From: Pirellulales bacterium
GTDB lineage: Bacteria; Planctomycetota; Planctomycetia; Pirellulales; UBA1268
DNA: 64,000 bases
NCBI GenBank assembly: GCA_044376405.1
Contig: JBILKZ010000004.1
Location: 1,953 to 65,952 of the forward strand
Direction: 5' to 3'
Part shown: positions 19,748 through 30,384 of the stretch, piece by piece
Numbering within the stretch: position 1 is the first letter of the stretch
How the letters are laid out: every line of letters begins with the position of its first letter
Made by a program: the position numbers and the translations under genes
Notes under the pieces: model-generated
The model's database searches: none
What the model saw: the letters and a program-made list of their open reading frames with translations, nothing else
Told to the model about the DNA's origin: nothing

Positions 19748-21322
19748 ATGCCGGATTCCAAGTCCGAACGGACCGCTGCCCCTGCCCTGCCCGACGATTC
19801 CCGCCCCGGACACGTGCCCTTCGCGTCACTGGGCCTTTCCGCTGAAGTTCTCAAGGCCGTCGCACAACTCGGCTTCGAGGAGACCTCGCCGATCCAGTCG
19901 GCGGCCATCCCACTGATCATGTCGGGCCGCGACGTGGTCGGCCAGTCCGAGACGGGCTCGGGCAAGACGGCGGCCTTCTGCATTCCTGCAATCGAGAAGA
20001 TCGATCCTGCGGTCAAGGCCGCGCAGGTGCTGATCCTCACTCCCACGCGTGAACTGGCCACGCAGGTGGCCGACGAGGTGCACAAGCTCGCGGCCTTCCG
20101 TCGGGGCGTGAATTCCGTGGCGATCTATGGCGGTGCGTCGTATGACCGGCAGTTCGCGGAGTTGAAGCGCGGCGCTCACGTCGTCGTCGGCACCCCGGGC
20201 CGGCTCACCGACCACATGAACCGTGGCACGCTCGACCTCACGAAGATCCGCATGCTGATTCTCGACGAGGCCGACCGGATGCTCGATATGGGCTTCCGCG
20301 AGGACATCGAGAAGATCCTCGCCGCCGCCCCCGAGGGCCGGCAGACGATCTTCTTTTCCGCCACCATCTCACCGCAGATCCAGGGCCTCGTCCGCGAGCA
20401 CTCGAAGGACGCCGCGACCATCAAGATCGCGCAAAAGTCGGTGAGCGGACCACCGCTTGTCGATCAGGTCTACCACGAGGTGCGGCATCACGCGAAGCTC
20501 GACGCGCTCGTGCGCGTGATCGACTTCCACGATGTGAAGAGCGGCGTCATCTTCTGCAACACCCAGCGGATGGTCGATGAGCTGGCCGACGCCCTCATCG
20601 GTCGGGGCTACTCGGCAGAGCGGATCCACGGTGGCATGGCCCAGGCCCAGCGGACCCGGGTGATGCAGAACTTCAAACGGGCTGCGTTTGCGTTTCTGAT
20701 CGCCACCGACGTGGCCGCCCGCGGCATCGACGTCAACGATCTTGAACTGGTGGTGAACTACGATCTTCCTTACGACGCCGAGGACTACGTGCACCGCATC
20801 GGCCGCACGGGCCGTGCCGGGAAGAAGGGCAAGGCGGTCACGCTCGTGTCGGGGGCGGCCATCTACAAGCTGCAGTCGATCGAGCGGTTTCTCCGGACGA
20901 AAATCCGCCGCGAGCAGGTGCCGTCGATGGCGGCGGTCGAGGACCGCCGGTCCGACGCGCTCTTCGATAAGATCACGACGACTCTCGAGGCGGGGGGCTT
21001 CGCACGTCGGGCCCCGCTCGTGGAGCGGCTGCTGGAGCAGGGCCACACGCCGACCGATGTCGCCGCGGCGATCCTGCACCACTTCGCGCCGGCGAGTCAG
21101 GAAACAGCCGAAGTGGAGCCCGTCCACCGGCCCGAGCATCGTCGTCCGGCAGACAGGCGGGAGGGACAACACCAGCACGACCGCACGGAGCGGCGGCCTG
21201 GCCCCGGTGGCCCCGGCCCGAAGAAGCGAAAATTCACGCCAGTCGGTGGCCCACGGTTTGGCAAACCGCACGCCGGCGGGAAGAAGAAGGGCAAGCCACC
21301 GGGCGGTAAGCCGGGGAAGTGA
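19748..21322 (+). CDS. DEAD-box ATP-dependent RNA helicase (DeaD/CshA-like) with basic Gly/Lys/Pro tail
   Basis: Q-motif (FEETSPIQ), SETGSGKT, PTRELA, TPGRL, DEAD, SAT, HGGMAQAQR, HRIGRTGRAG. C-terminal tail ...GPGPKKRKFTPVGGPRFGKPHAGGKKKGKPPGGKPGK. Confidence 0.9.
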   Translation: MPDSKSERTAAPALPDDSRPGHVPFASLGLSAEVLKAVAQLGFEETSPIQSAAIPLIMSGRDVVGQSETGSGKTAAFCIPAIEKIDPAVKAAQVLILTPTRELATQVADEVHKLAAFRRGVNSVAIYGGASYDRQFAELKRGAHVVVGTPGRLTDHMNRGTLDLTKIRMLILDEADRMLDMGFREDIEKILAAAPEGRQTIFFSATISPQIQGLVREHSKDAATIKIAQKSVSGPPLVDQVYHEVRHHAKLDALVRVIDFHDVKSGVIFCNTQRMVDELADALIGRGYSAERIHGGMAQAQRTRVMQNFKRAAFAFLIATDVAARGIDVNDLELVVNYDLPYDAEDYVHRIGRTGRAGKKGKAVTLVSGAAIYKLQSIERFLRTKIRREQVPSMAAVEDRRSDALFDKITTTLEAGGFARRAPLVERLLEQGHTPTDVAAAILHHFAPASQETAEVEPVHRPEHRRPADRREGQHQHDRTERRPGPGGPGPKKRKFTPVGGPRFGKPHAGGKKKGKPPGGKPGK

Positions 21323-21324
21323 CC

Positions 21325-21378
21325 GAAAAGGGGACGCAGCTCATTTCGTTCCGGCGAAATGAGCTGCGTCCCCTTTTC
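21325..21378. terminator. bidirectional intrinsic terminator (24-bp perfect hairpin)
   Basis: gaaaaggggacgcagctcatttcg (21325-21348), loop ttccgg, then cgaaatgagctgcgtccccttttc (21355-21378). Sits between the convergent stops at 21322 and 21389. The A/T runs at both stem ends would serve either strand. Confidence 0.8.
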
Positions 21379-21388
21379 CCCAGTGCTG

Positions 21389-22480
21389 CTACCCGACCGA
21401 GTGCGCCGGGAAGTCGGTGTAGCCGGCGGCTGCCGTGGGGGAATACCAGGTCGCCATGTCGGCGGCCTGGGCCAGCGGCCAGCCGTTCGCAAACCGCTCG
21501 ACGAGGTCGGGGTTGCTGATGTAGGGGCGCCCGAAGGCGATCAGGTCTGCCAGCCCGCTCGCGATGACAGCCTCGGCCGATGCCTGCGTGTAGCCACAGT
21601 TGCCGATGAGCGGGCCGCGGAAGACGCTGCGAAATTCAGCGAGCGTCATCGGTTCACCCAGCTGATGAAACCCGAAGCCGAGCCCGTCCATGACGTGCAG
21701 GTAGGCGAGGCCGAAGGCGTCGAGCTGACTGGCCGCATACGTGAACTGTTCACGGAAGTCTGGCGAGCCCATGTCGTTGAATCCGCCGTTGGGGGCGAGT
21801 CGCACCCCCACGCGGCCGACCGGCCATTCGGCCGCAACTGCCTCGACCACCTCGGCCAGGAAGCGGAAGCGATTCTCGACGCTGCCACCGTAGCGGTCAG
21901 TGCGGTGATTCGTCTTCGACTGCAGAAACTGGTCGATGAGGTAGCCGTTGGCGGCGTGGATCTCCACACCGTCGAAGCCGGCGGCGCGGGCTCTCGCCGC
22001 GGCGCGGGCATAGTCGGCCACCACGCCCGGAATCTCGGCGGTGTCGAGGGCACGCGGTGTTTCGTAGGCCTGCTTTCCCTGCGGCGTGTGGATACCGTCG
22101 CCAGTGATCGCGATGGCTGACGCCGATACGGGCAGGCTGCCGCCATGGAAGCTCGAATGGGAAGCCCGGCCCATGTGCCACAGTTGCAGGAAGATCCGGC
22201 CACCACGGGCATGGACGGCGTCGGTAGTCAGCCGCCAGCCTTCCGCCATGGCGTCGGTAAAGATCCCGGGCGACTCGAGCCAGCCGTTGGCCTGCTCGGA
22301 GATGGTGGTCGCCTCGGAGACGATGAACCCGGCCGAACTACGCTGGGCGTAGTATTCGGCCATCAATGCGTTGGGAATCCGCGCAGCCCCTGCACGCGAG
22401 CGGGTGAGCGGCGCCATCACGACGCGGTTGGAAAGCGAGAGATCGCGGAGCTGAAACGGCTGGAGGAGGGGTGAGGACAT
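21389..22480 (-). CDS. Old Yellow Enzyme family NADH:flavin oxidoreductase / alkene reductase (NemA-like)
   Basis: 363 aa. Motifs LSNRVVMAPLTRSRA, GFDGVEIHAANGYLIDQFL, RTDRYGGS and FGRPYISNPDL are typical of the OYE family. Confidence 0.9.
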   Translation of the reverse strand: MSSPLLQPFQLRDLSLSNRVVMAPLTRSRAGAARIPNALMAEYYAQRSSAGFIVSEATTISEQANGWLESPGIFTDAMAEGWRLTTDAVHARGGRIFLQLWHMGRASHSSFHGGSLPVSASAIAITGDGIHTPQGKQAYETPRALDTAEIPGVVADYARAAARARAAGFDGVEIHAANGYLIDQFLQSKTNHRTDRYGGSVENRFRFLAEVVEAVAAEWPVGRVGVRLAPNGGFNDMGSPDFREQFTYAASQLDAFGLAYLHVMDGLGFGFHQLGEPMTLAEFRSVFRGPLIGNCGYTQASAEAVIASGLADLIAFGRPYISNPDLVERFANGWPLAQAADMATWYSPTAAAGYTDFPAHSVG

Positions 22481-22540
22481 CGGCTGAATCTCTGGGAGGG
22501 CCTCGGTCTTGAACGCAGGCTGGAGCGTGGTGCGGTTGCT

Positions 22541-23893
22541 TCAACGAGCCAGGGAGACGCGGACGATTTCCTTGTCGTTGCGAACGACGATGGAGCGACT
22601 GGCGTATGCGGGACCGCACCAGACCACATTCCGGCCGAACGCCGTGTTGGTGGGCTCGAGCAGATGGGCGCGGGCGATCTCCGAATAGCCCGTGGGCGAC
22701 ATCTTCGCGATCACGAGATCGCCCGTTTCCGCAAACATCCAGTAGCGGTCAGCCTGCCGCACGATGAACGCAGTTCCGGAGCCCTGCGGCCGCTCGCCAA
22801 GTGGGCCGCCACCCTTCCAGACGACCTCGCCACTGGGAACCGCCACGGCACGCAGGTCGCCCTTCTCGTGAAACCCGTAGATCAGGCCGTCTGCCACGAA
22901 GGGCTGCACGTTCACAGCCGACACGCCGTGCTTCGGCTTGTTCCGCCATACCACCTCGGGCCTGTCGGGGCCGAGTTTCAGCAGCAGGTTCTTCTCCTGG
23001 TAGCCGCCCACGTAGAGATACTCCCCCACCTGCACCGGCGCCATGATGATCGAGCCGTTGTCGGCGTTGTAGGGCGACTCCCAGAGGATCTGCCCCGTCG
23101 CTGGTTCCACGGCGTAGATGCCGTCGGGCTTCATGAACACGATCTGCTTCTTCCCGCCAGTCACGATCATCGTCGGCGGCGAGTAGCCCTGCTCGGGCGC
23201 CTTGCCAGCCCGCCAGATTTCCTTGCCGGTGTGCTTGTCGAAGGCAACCGAATGGGCCATCTCGGTGCCGACCACGCAGACCAGTCGATCGCCGTCGACG
23301 AGCGGATGGCTCGCCCATCCCCACAGCGCAGCTTTGGTCTGGTAGTCGGCCTTGAGGTCGCGTGACCAGAGCAGCTTCCCGTCGGCGACGTTCAGGCAGC
23401 AGAGGTTCCCCTCGGCGCCGAGCGTGTAGACGCGGTCGCCGTCGACCGTGGGTGTGCACCGCGGACCGGCTGGGTAGGCGATTGTGTAGGTGACCGGATA
23501 CTCGTACTTCCAGAGAACCTTGCCCGTGGCCTCATCGAGGCAGAGCACGCGTTCGGTGCCGGTCGACGCCTTTCGCTCGAAGTTCGCGACCTTCACGTCG
23601 GCATCCGTCACGTAGTCGGTGACGAACACCCGCCCCGCCGCGATGGCGGGCCCCGCATAGCCGCCGGCGACTGGCGATCTCCAAAGCACCTTTGGACCGG
23701 CGGCGGGAAACTCGTCGAGCAGCCCATCCTCCCGCCAGACATTGTCGCGGCTCGGCCCCATCCACTGCGGCCAGTCGTCGGCGACCGCGCTCGCCATGGC
23801 AGCGAAGGCCGCGCACAACGCCGAGATCGACCAGACCACCAATGAAAACCGTTGTGAGGCTGCGCGCAGCATCGTTCTTCCCTCAGAGTGCAT
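22541..23893 (-). CDS. PQQ-like beta-propeller repeat protein, secreted
   Basis: Signal-like MLRAASQRFSLVVWSISALCAAFAAMASA, with an alternative start at 23872. DDWPQWMGPSRDN follows the signal. Paralogous in architecture to 16652-18010. Confidence 0.85.
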   Translation of the reverse strand: MHSEGRTMLRAASQRFSLVVWSISALCAAFAAMASAVADDWPQWMGPSRDNVWREDGLLDEFPAAGPKVLWRSPVAGGYAGPAIAAGRVFVTDYVTDADVKVANFERKASTGTERVLCLDEATGKVLWKYEYPVTYTIAYPAGPRCTPTVDGDRVYTLGAEGNLCCLNVADGKLLWSRDLKADYQTKAALWGWASHPLVDGDRLVCVVGTEMAHSVAFDKHTGKEIWRAGKAPEQGYSPPTMIVTGGKKQIVFMKPDGIYAVEPATGQILWESPYNADNGSIIMAPVQVGEYLYVGGYQEKNLLLKLGPDRPEVVWRNKPKHGVSAVNVQPFVADGLIYGFHEKGDLRAVAVPSGEVVWKGGGPLGERPQGSGTAFIVRQADRYWMFAETGDLVIAKMSPTGYSEIARAHLLEPTNTAFGRNVVWCGPAYASRSIVVRNDKEIVRVSLAR

Positions 23894-23956
23894 CAGGGCG
23901 TCCGTGAGCGGCGATTATCGTAGCAGCAGACGGTGGAACGAGCATGCCCCCGCACG

Positions 23957-25420
<1,464 letters not shown>

Positions 25421-25933
25421 ATTGAATTCGTCTTTCGTATCACACAGTTTTCGTTCAACACATCTGCATACGGGCCGTCGATCGCGACAGCCGCGGTAAG
25501 CGCAGGGATCACGGGACGAGCCCGTGGTACGACCAACCCGACAAGCCATGCCCGTCGGAACGCTGGCAGAAGCCCTTCTCCCATTCCTGGGACGCACTGA
25601 ACCTCAAAGCTTGCGACATCTGAGTCCGCCGCGGACGCACACAATGCGTCGTCAACGGGAGTCAGAGGCAAGCAACACGGCCGGACGCCGTGCGGTTCAG
25701 CGGAGGGGGCAAGTAGAATTTGAAGGATTCAGCGAACCGGCCAAGAAAAACACCCGGCAGGTCGCTCTCACCACCTCGTTACAGGATCCATCATAGCTTC
25801 CACTCGCAAGGAACGCCAGTGCTGGGACTGGCCGTTGCGACAGCCGGGCGATTCGTGGACATTAGGACGACCGACATGTCGTCGGTATTTCGGATGGTCC
25901 AGATTCCATACGTGAGCCGGCAGAGGGCATCGC

Positions 25934-26287
25934 ATGCAAGACCAAGAACCGGAACTATGGCGGGGCACGGCGAGGGAGTTGCTCCCGTGCTGGTTCACTG
26001 ACCGAATCCTGTCAGAGCCGGGCCGGTTCGGAGCGTTGCTCGACACCAGGCAGGTGCTGATCATCGACGCGATCAAGGGGGTCCGGCAGGCACCCAACGG
26101 CATCATTTGGCTCGACGTCGAACTTGTCGTGCCCTATCGCAAAGAGGGGTTTCCCTGGGGTCATTTTCCCGTGCTCAAGTCCTGCGCTCCCGACCGGGCC
26201 ACCTGCTCCATCAACGCGTCGCATATCGTGGCGGTCGTGGAGGTGGATACCTGGGAACTGCCGCCGCTCGAACCAGACCGCGATTGA
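25934..26287 (+). CDS. hypothetical protein (117 aa)
   Basis: Only plausible ORF in a gap of about 1 kb. Third-position GC bias fits coding and the composition is non-repetitive. No recognisable family or RBS. Confidence 0.45.
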   Translation: MQDQEPELWRGTARELLPCWFTDRILSEPGRFGALLDTRQVLIIDAIKGVRQAPNGIIWLDVELVVPYRKEGFPWGHFPVLKSCAPDRATCSINASHIVAVVEVDTWELPPLEPDRD

Positions 26288-26416
26288 CGGCAAAAAAGCC
26301 CAGAATGCCGGCCGCGGCTGACGGCGAAACCTGGGTGGCGTTTTGACCTTGGGTATTTTCCGGCGTCCGCCTATTCTTGGGGGGCTGAGGCAGACAGGAG
26401 GTCCGCCTCAGCGGCG

Positions 26417-28147
26417 ATGGTCCGGGTACGTCGCCCACAAAAGCAACTGGGAAACTCAAGGATGAGTGCCGCCCTGTCCATCATCGACGACCCCTGCTCG
26501 GCTGAGGGCGTGCTCGGGGTGATCGACCTCGCGTCGCCGGCCACGGCCACGCTCGTCCAGCCCACATTTCCACCTCGACGGCCGGGTCGAAAACTCTCGA
26601 TCTGCCTGATCAACCCCCGTTTCGAACCGTCGTACTGGGGCTTTGACTTCGCGCTGCCGCTCTACCCTGGCGATAAGCGGAGCACCATGATCTCCGGATC
26701 GCTGTCGGCGCTCGCCGGACTCTGCGGCGAGCATGACGTGACGCTCGTCGATGAGAACGTTGAGGAGATCGACTGGCCGTCGCTTTCCGGCTACGACATC
26801 GTCGGGGTCACGGGCATGATCGTGCAGAAGGAACGGATGCGGCAGATTCTGGTGCGGCTCCGCGAGGCCAAGATCTTCACGGCGGTCGGTGGCCCGCTGA
26901 TGTCGGTGCAGGAGGAGTTTTTCAAGGGGCTGTGCGACGTCAGCTTCGTCGGCGAAGCGGAGACCACCTGGCCTCGTTTTCTCGACGAGTTTTCCCACGA
27001 CCTGAAAACCGAGATACGGTACGAACAGACGACGCCGACCGACATGACGCAGGTGCCCCGGCCGCGGTTCGACAAGCTGAAGGTCAGCCGCTACGCCTCG
27101 GCGGCCCTGCAGTATTCGCGAGGCTGCCCGTTTCAATGCGAGTTCTGCGACATCATCGTCATCTACGGCCGCAAGCCGCGGGTGAAGGAGCCGGAGCAAC
27201 TGATCGCCGAACTCGACGATCTCCGGCAGGCTGGCTTCCATTCGGCCTTCATCGTCGACGACAACTTCATCGGCAACAAGAAGAAGGCGAAGTCGCTCCT
27301 CGAGCAGATCGTGCCCTGGATGGAGGAGCACAAGTATCCGCTCCGGCTCACCACCGAAGCCAGTATCGATCTGGCCGACGACCCGGAACTGCTCGATCTC
27401 ATGTACCGGGCAAATTTCCGCAGCGTTTTCATCGGCATCGAGACTCCGCGGATGGACTCGCTGAAGGAGACGAAGAAGTTTCAGAACGTGCGAGGTGACT
27501 CCCTCGACGCGAAGCTGGCCCGGATTCAGGCCGCAGGGCTCGACATCAACGCCGGCTTCATCGTCGGCTTCGACAGCGACGACAAGGCCATTTTCGAGGA
27601 TCAGTACCGGTTCATTCAGGACAACGGCATCACGCTGGCGATGGTCGGCATGCTGCAGGCGATCCCCCGTACGCCGCTCTACACTCGGCTGCAGGCCGAG
27701 GGGCGGTTGGTCGAGGAGGATCCCAGCTGCAACTTCGTGCCAAAGCAGATGACGAGGGATGAGCTGCGCAAGGGGTATTGGGACCTGGTCACACGGCTCT
27801 ACACCCCCGAGTCGTATCTCGAACGGTATTTCAAGGTCTGCGAATCGAAGGAGTATCTCGAGCGGCGAGCCGCCATCTGTCGCAAGGCGGGCGAGGGCAA
27901 GTGGCTGCCGACCCTTGGCTATGGCCTCACGCTCCTGTGGACGCTGTTCTGGGCCCTGTTCCGTGACGGCTCGCTGCGGAAGGTTGGGTCGGTCTATGCC
28001 CGCTTCTTCTTCACTCAGAGGGTCGTGTCGCAGCGCGGCATCATTGGCTTCGCGCAGTTCATGAATCGCTGCGTGACCCACTGGCATTTCTACAAGTTCA
28101 CCCGCGAGGCCACGGCCGGCAGACTGCGGGCCTACAACACGGTCTGA
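26417..28147 (+). CDS. B12-binding-domain radical SAM protein (probable DUF4070 C-terminal domain)
   Basis: N-terminal B12-binding-like domain (LSICLINPRF...IVGVTGMIVQ). Radical-SAM cluster motif RGCPFQCEFC (CxxxCxxC). Long C-terminal helical domain. Alternative start ATG at 26462. Confidence 0.88.
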   Translation: MVRVRRPQKQLGNSRMSAALSIIDDPCSAEGVLGVIDLASPATATLVQPTFPPRRPGRKLSICLINPRFEPSYWGFDFALPLYPGDKRSTMISGSLSALAGLCGEHDVTLVDENVEEIDWPSLSGYDIVGVTGMIVQKERMRQILVRLREAKIFTAVGGPLMSVQEEFFKGLCDVSFVGEAETTWPRFLDEFSHDLKTEIRYEQTTPTDMTQVPRPRFDKLKVSRYASAALQYSRGCPFQCEFCDIIVIYGRKPRVKEPEQLIAELDDLRQAGFHSAFIVDDNFIGNKKKAKSLLEQIVPWMEEHKYPLRLTTEASIDLADDPELLDLMYRANFRSVFIGIETPRMDSLKETKKFQNVRGDSLDAKLARIQAAGLDINAGFIVGFDSDDKAIFEDQYRFIQDNGITLAMVGMLQAIPRTPLYTRLQAEGRLVEEDPSCNFVPKQMTRDELRKGYWDLVTRLYTPESYLERYFKVCESKEYLERRAAICRKAGEGKWLPTLGYGLTLLWTLFWALFRDGSLRKVGSVYARFFFTQRVVSQRGIIGFAQFMNRCVTHWHFYKFTREATAGRLRAYNTV

Positions 28148-28148
28148 G

Positions 28149-29159
28149 TCAGGGAAGCATTTCACAGGTGCCGTCGGCCTGATACCGCACGGTGCCAGGC
28201 CGCCACTCGATGCGGACGGGATGGCCCACCATCAGGTCTGGCATGCTGAAGCGGGCCAGCCGGCGAAGGCCTGCATAGGCGACCGTCGGTCGGGCGTTGA
28301 TTTCGATGAGCGTGTCCTGCTCCGGGCGTTCACCGAGAATCAGGTCGATCCCGACGAAGCCGTGGAGGCCGGTCATGGGCTCGAGCGCCGCCAGGCCGAG
28401 GCCGATCGCCCGCGCCTCGAGGTCGGGACTGAGTGGAAGTTGTCCACCTGAGTAGCTCAGGCGGCCGGAGCGAGTATCCCCCGCGATGCCAACATCCTGC
28501 GTTCCGGCGCGGAGGGGGATGGGCCTGCCCGACCGGGGCAGGATGAAGGCCGCACTGGCAGCCAGGCCCAGCACATGCTCCTGCGCGAGCCAGTCGGTGC
28601 GGTGGGGGAGCGCGGCGAGGTCTGCTCGAGACCGGCAGACATGCGTGTCGATGCAGCCGGCGCCGCGGTTTGGCTTCATGACGATCGCGCCGAACTGCGT
28701 GAGCATCCCCGGGGCATGTTCGAGGCCCAACGCCCCGGATGGCACTGCGATGCCCGCGACCGAGAGCCGCTGCGCGAGCGCGTGCTTGTCGCTCACGAAC
28801 CTGACTGCGGCGCTCGCGGAGCCGAGATTGATGACGCCAGCTCGTTCAACACGTTCGAGAAGCGAGGGCAGGATGTCGTCGGACTCGGGGGCGACGACCA
28901 GAGCCGCGTCGACAGTCGTGAGTGCATGATCAAACGCATCGAGGGAGTGCCGGGGCGACACTGCATCGAGGCTGATCACGCGGCCTGGGAGCCTGAGAGG
29001 CACGCGGTGATCGAGCACGACAGCGACATCCTGTCCGGCGACATGGAAGTCTTCGACGAGGCTTCTCAGCATGCCGCCGCCCTCGGCGAGCAGCCCCGAG
29101 TCGAGGGGCCGGCCGGCGAGGCCACCGCAGCAGAAGTATTCGTGGATCAGAACCCGCAT
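28149..29159 (-). CDS. ATP-grasp family ligase (COG1821/MfnD-like by pattern)
   Basis: 336 aa. MRVLIHEYFCCGG N-terminus, APESDDIL, DKHALAQRL, IVMKPNRGAGC and a C-terminal GFVGIDLIL...LIEINARPT ATP-grasp core. The subfamily assignment is tentative. Confidence 0.75.
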   Translation of the reverse strand: MRVLIHEYFCCGGLAGRPLDSGLLAEGGGMLRSLVEDFHVAGQDVAVVLDHRVPLRLPGRVISLDAVSPRHSLDAFDHALTTVDAALVVAPESDDILPSLLERVERAGVINLGSASAAVRFVSDKHALAQRLSVAGIAVPSGALGLEHAPGMLTQFGAIVMKPNRGAGCIDTHVCRSRADLAALPHRTDWLAQEHVLGLAASAAFILPRSGRPIPLRAGTQDVGIAGDTRSGRLSYSGGQLPLSPDLEARAIGLGLAALEPMTGLHGFVGIDLILGERPEQDTLIEINARPTVAYAGLRRLARFSMPDLMVGHPVRIEWRPGTVRYQADGTCEMLP

Positions 29160-29218
29160 GGCGTGCCGCGTGAAACCGTATGGCTATCGAGTGAAGAAGT
29201 CTGCTCCGCCATCCCAGT

Positions 29219-29248
29219 TTGACATTTTTTCGTGTCCCGGCTTAGAAC
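29219..29248 (+). promoter_or_regulatory. weak sigma70-like promoter candidate for the CAP-domain gene
   Basis: TTGACA (29219-29224), an 18-nt T-rich spacer, then TAGAAC (29243-29248). Lies about 60 nt upstream of the start. Confidence 0.25.
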
Positions 29249-29305
29249 CGCGACAGTCCGGGCCACGATCGGTGCTCTCGAGCAGCGACCTCAAAAAGGG
29301 AGACG

Positions 29306-29770
29306 GTGATGTTGAACATACAGGCGATGGTCGTGCGTGGATCCAGGTGGCTGGCTGTGCTGGGGCTGGTATGTGGCGGGATGCCGGCCGTTGGCCGTGA
29401 GCCCATGATGATCAGCGGAGCGGCCGTGCAGGAAAACGCCGGCCTGTCGCAGGTGGAATCGGCGGTCATCGCCAAAACGAACGCCGCCCGGGCCCGCAGC
29501 GGCCTGCCGCCACTGGCTGCCGACGGCCAGCTCATGAATGGGGCCCGCAACCACGCTCGCTGGATGGCAAGCAATCGCAACCTGTCGCATGGAAGCGGTG
29601 TCACGGAGAACATCGGCATGGGGCAGACGTCAGCGTCTGAGGCGGTATCGAGCTGGATGCAGTCCAGCGGCCACCGTGCCAACATTCTTGGTGGCGGCCA
29701 TACCCGCATCGGTGTCGCGATGGTCCACAGTGCCGACGGCACGGCCTACTGGTGCCAGCAGTTCCGGTAG
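29306..29770 (+). CDS. CAP/SCP (YkwD-like) domain secreted protein
   Basis: Signal-like N-terminus. Motifs NAARARSGLPPL, NHARWMA, SGHRANILG and YWCQQF are typical of bacterial CAP domains. The probable true start is the ATG at 29309 (GGGAG RBS). Confidence 0.8.
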   Translation: MMLNIQAMVVRGSRWLAVLGLVCGGMPAVGREPMMISGAAVQENAGLSQVESAVIAKTNAARARSGLPPLAADGQLMNGARNHARWMASNRNLSHGSGVTENIGMGQTSASEAVSSWMQSSGHRANILGGGHTRIGVAMVHSADGTAYWCQQFR

Positions 29771-29809
29771 TCGGAGCGTCGCTGCCAGCGAAAAAGTGGG
29801 GAGACTGCG

Positions 29810-30247
29810 ATGCATTCCTACGGCTACATTCTCGCGGTGGCGGCGTCAATTCTCTGGGGACTCACCTACTGCCTCGACGAACGGGTGCTTGCGAGCGTCT
29901 CCGTCTTCAAACTCTACTTTCTGCACTGCCTCTGCGGCGTCTTGATCTCAGCCGCGATCATGCTTGCTCAGGGGCACTCGCCCGCATCGCTCGTGCGGTT
30001 TGACACGGCCGCCGCGAGCCTGCCCCTCGTTGGCCTGACGCTCGTGACTGCCACGGCGGCCGCCCTCTCCATCCTGGGCTCGATCCAACTGCTCGGCGCC
30101 GGCAAATCCGCCGTGCTGGAGATTTCTTACCCGCTGTTCGTCGCCCTGTTCTCGGTGTTTTTGTTCCAGGGGCAACTGCAGCTGCCGGTGGTGATTGGCG
30201 GCGCCTTTATCTTCACCGGGGCGGCCATCATCGTGCTCGCCGGCTGA
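29810..30247 (+). CDS. small DMT-superfamily (EamA-domain) membrane protein
   Basis: 145 aa, hydrophobic throughout with 4-5 predicted TM helices. The N-terminus ILAVAASILWGLTY resembles an EamA domain. Confidence 0.65.
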   Translation: MHSYGYILAVAASILWGLTYCLDERVLASVSVFKLYFLHCLCGVLISAAIMLAQGHSPASLVRFDTAAASLPLVGLTLVTATAAALSILGSIQLLGAGKSAVLEISYPLFVALFSVFLFQGQLQLPVVIGGAFIFTGAAIIVLAG

Positions 30248-30384
30248 GTGAGCCGGTAAAACGCGACGGCCAGTCTTGGGTGGTGGACGACCACGGCGGG
30301 ATACCCTAGCCTTTTCGCAAGGTTGGCATCTGACAGTGGCTTCCTGCCCCCAGCCGGGTCCCTTCAGCAAAGGCTTGCGGTTCC

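Noticed and set aside
26392-26407. B12-box-like string AGACAGGAGGTCCGCC upstream of the B12-dependent radical-SAM gene (possible cobalamin riboswitch)
   Set aside because: It matches only about 12 of 16 positions of the B12-box consensus as I recall it. I could not find the other conserved riboswitch elements in the roughly 130 nt available. Cobalamin riboswitches usually control B12 synthesis, transport or B12-independent isozymes, not B12-dependent enzymes. An Infernal scan with the Rfam cobalamin models would settle it.
26456-28165. 569-aa ORF antisense to the B12-radical-SAM gene
   Set aside because: Shadow ORF. The plus strand carries the CxxxCxxC radical-SAM motif and a coherent domain order.
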